DNA from: Chrysomallon squamiferum
Taxonomy: Eukaryota; Animalia; Mollusca
Direction of reading: 5' to 3'
Assembly: GCA_012295275.1 (NCBI GenBank)
Contig: CM022674.1
Span: 14,818,001-14,882,000, forward strand
Length of the DNA stretch: 64,000 bases
The notes under the pieces were generated by a model. It was not told where the DNA came from, made no database searches, and saw only the letters and a program-made list of their open reading frames with translations. Position 1 is the stretch's first letter; every line of letters begins with the position of its first letter. The position numbers were made by a program, and so were the translations under genes. Below are positions 63,817 through 64,000 of the stretch, piece by piece.

Positions 63817-64000
63817 ACTACGTAGACGTCTTTGACCTGTATAACAACCATGACGTCAGTTATAAACACACATTATAATTAAACATCGAGTATAGATGTT
63901 TTCACTATGTTATTATTAGATATTAATGTTATTTCCTCGACTTCGTTTATACAGTACATTTCATATGAAGATTTTCCTGTTATTTCTAGTGTAAAGAATA

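Overview
AT-rich, microsatellite-laden animal genomic DNA with spliceosomal GT-AG introns. It is probably a mollusc; this is inferred from the ShK/EGF gene style and SINE remnants. Most ORFs in the supplied track are repeat artefacts. Bases 1-4284 hold the last four exons of an ShK-ShK-EGF-ShK protein. Minisatellites follow, then about 12 copies of a ~375-bp satellite running into a 200-N scaffold gap (10338-10537). The remaining ~53 kb is a tandem and inverted cluster of at least 11 related genes or gene relics (labelled R1-R11), reconstructed here by manual splicing. They share a six-exon plan: signal peptide, 36-42-nt Cys micro-exon, ~110-aa Cys-rich domain, Ser/Thr stalk, 76-79-nt TM exon, and a non-catalytic tail rich in tyrosine motifs. 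Three ectodomain classes (alpha MCNDG, beta MCKNE, gamma MCQND) are recombined with three tail classes (T1 Y-A/T-x-V-x-K; T2 YENT/YEHL/YVNT/YYNV; T3 duplicated YEHL..VYLHI). R4, R6 and R8 splice into intact ORFs. R6 and R8 are visible chimeras, R8 completed by a ~4.7-kb near-perfect inverted duplication. I do not recognise the family. The best interpretation (inference) is a fast-evolving, exon-shuffling immunoreceptor or allorecognition-like locus.
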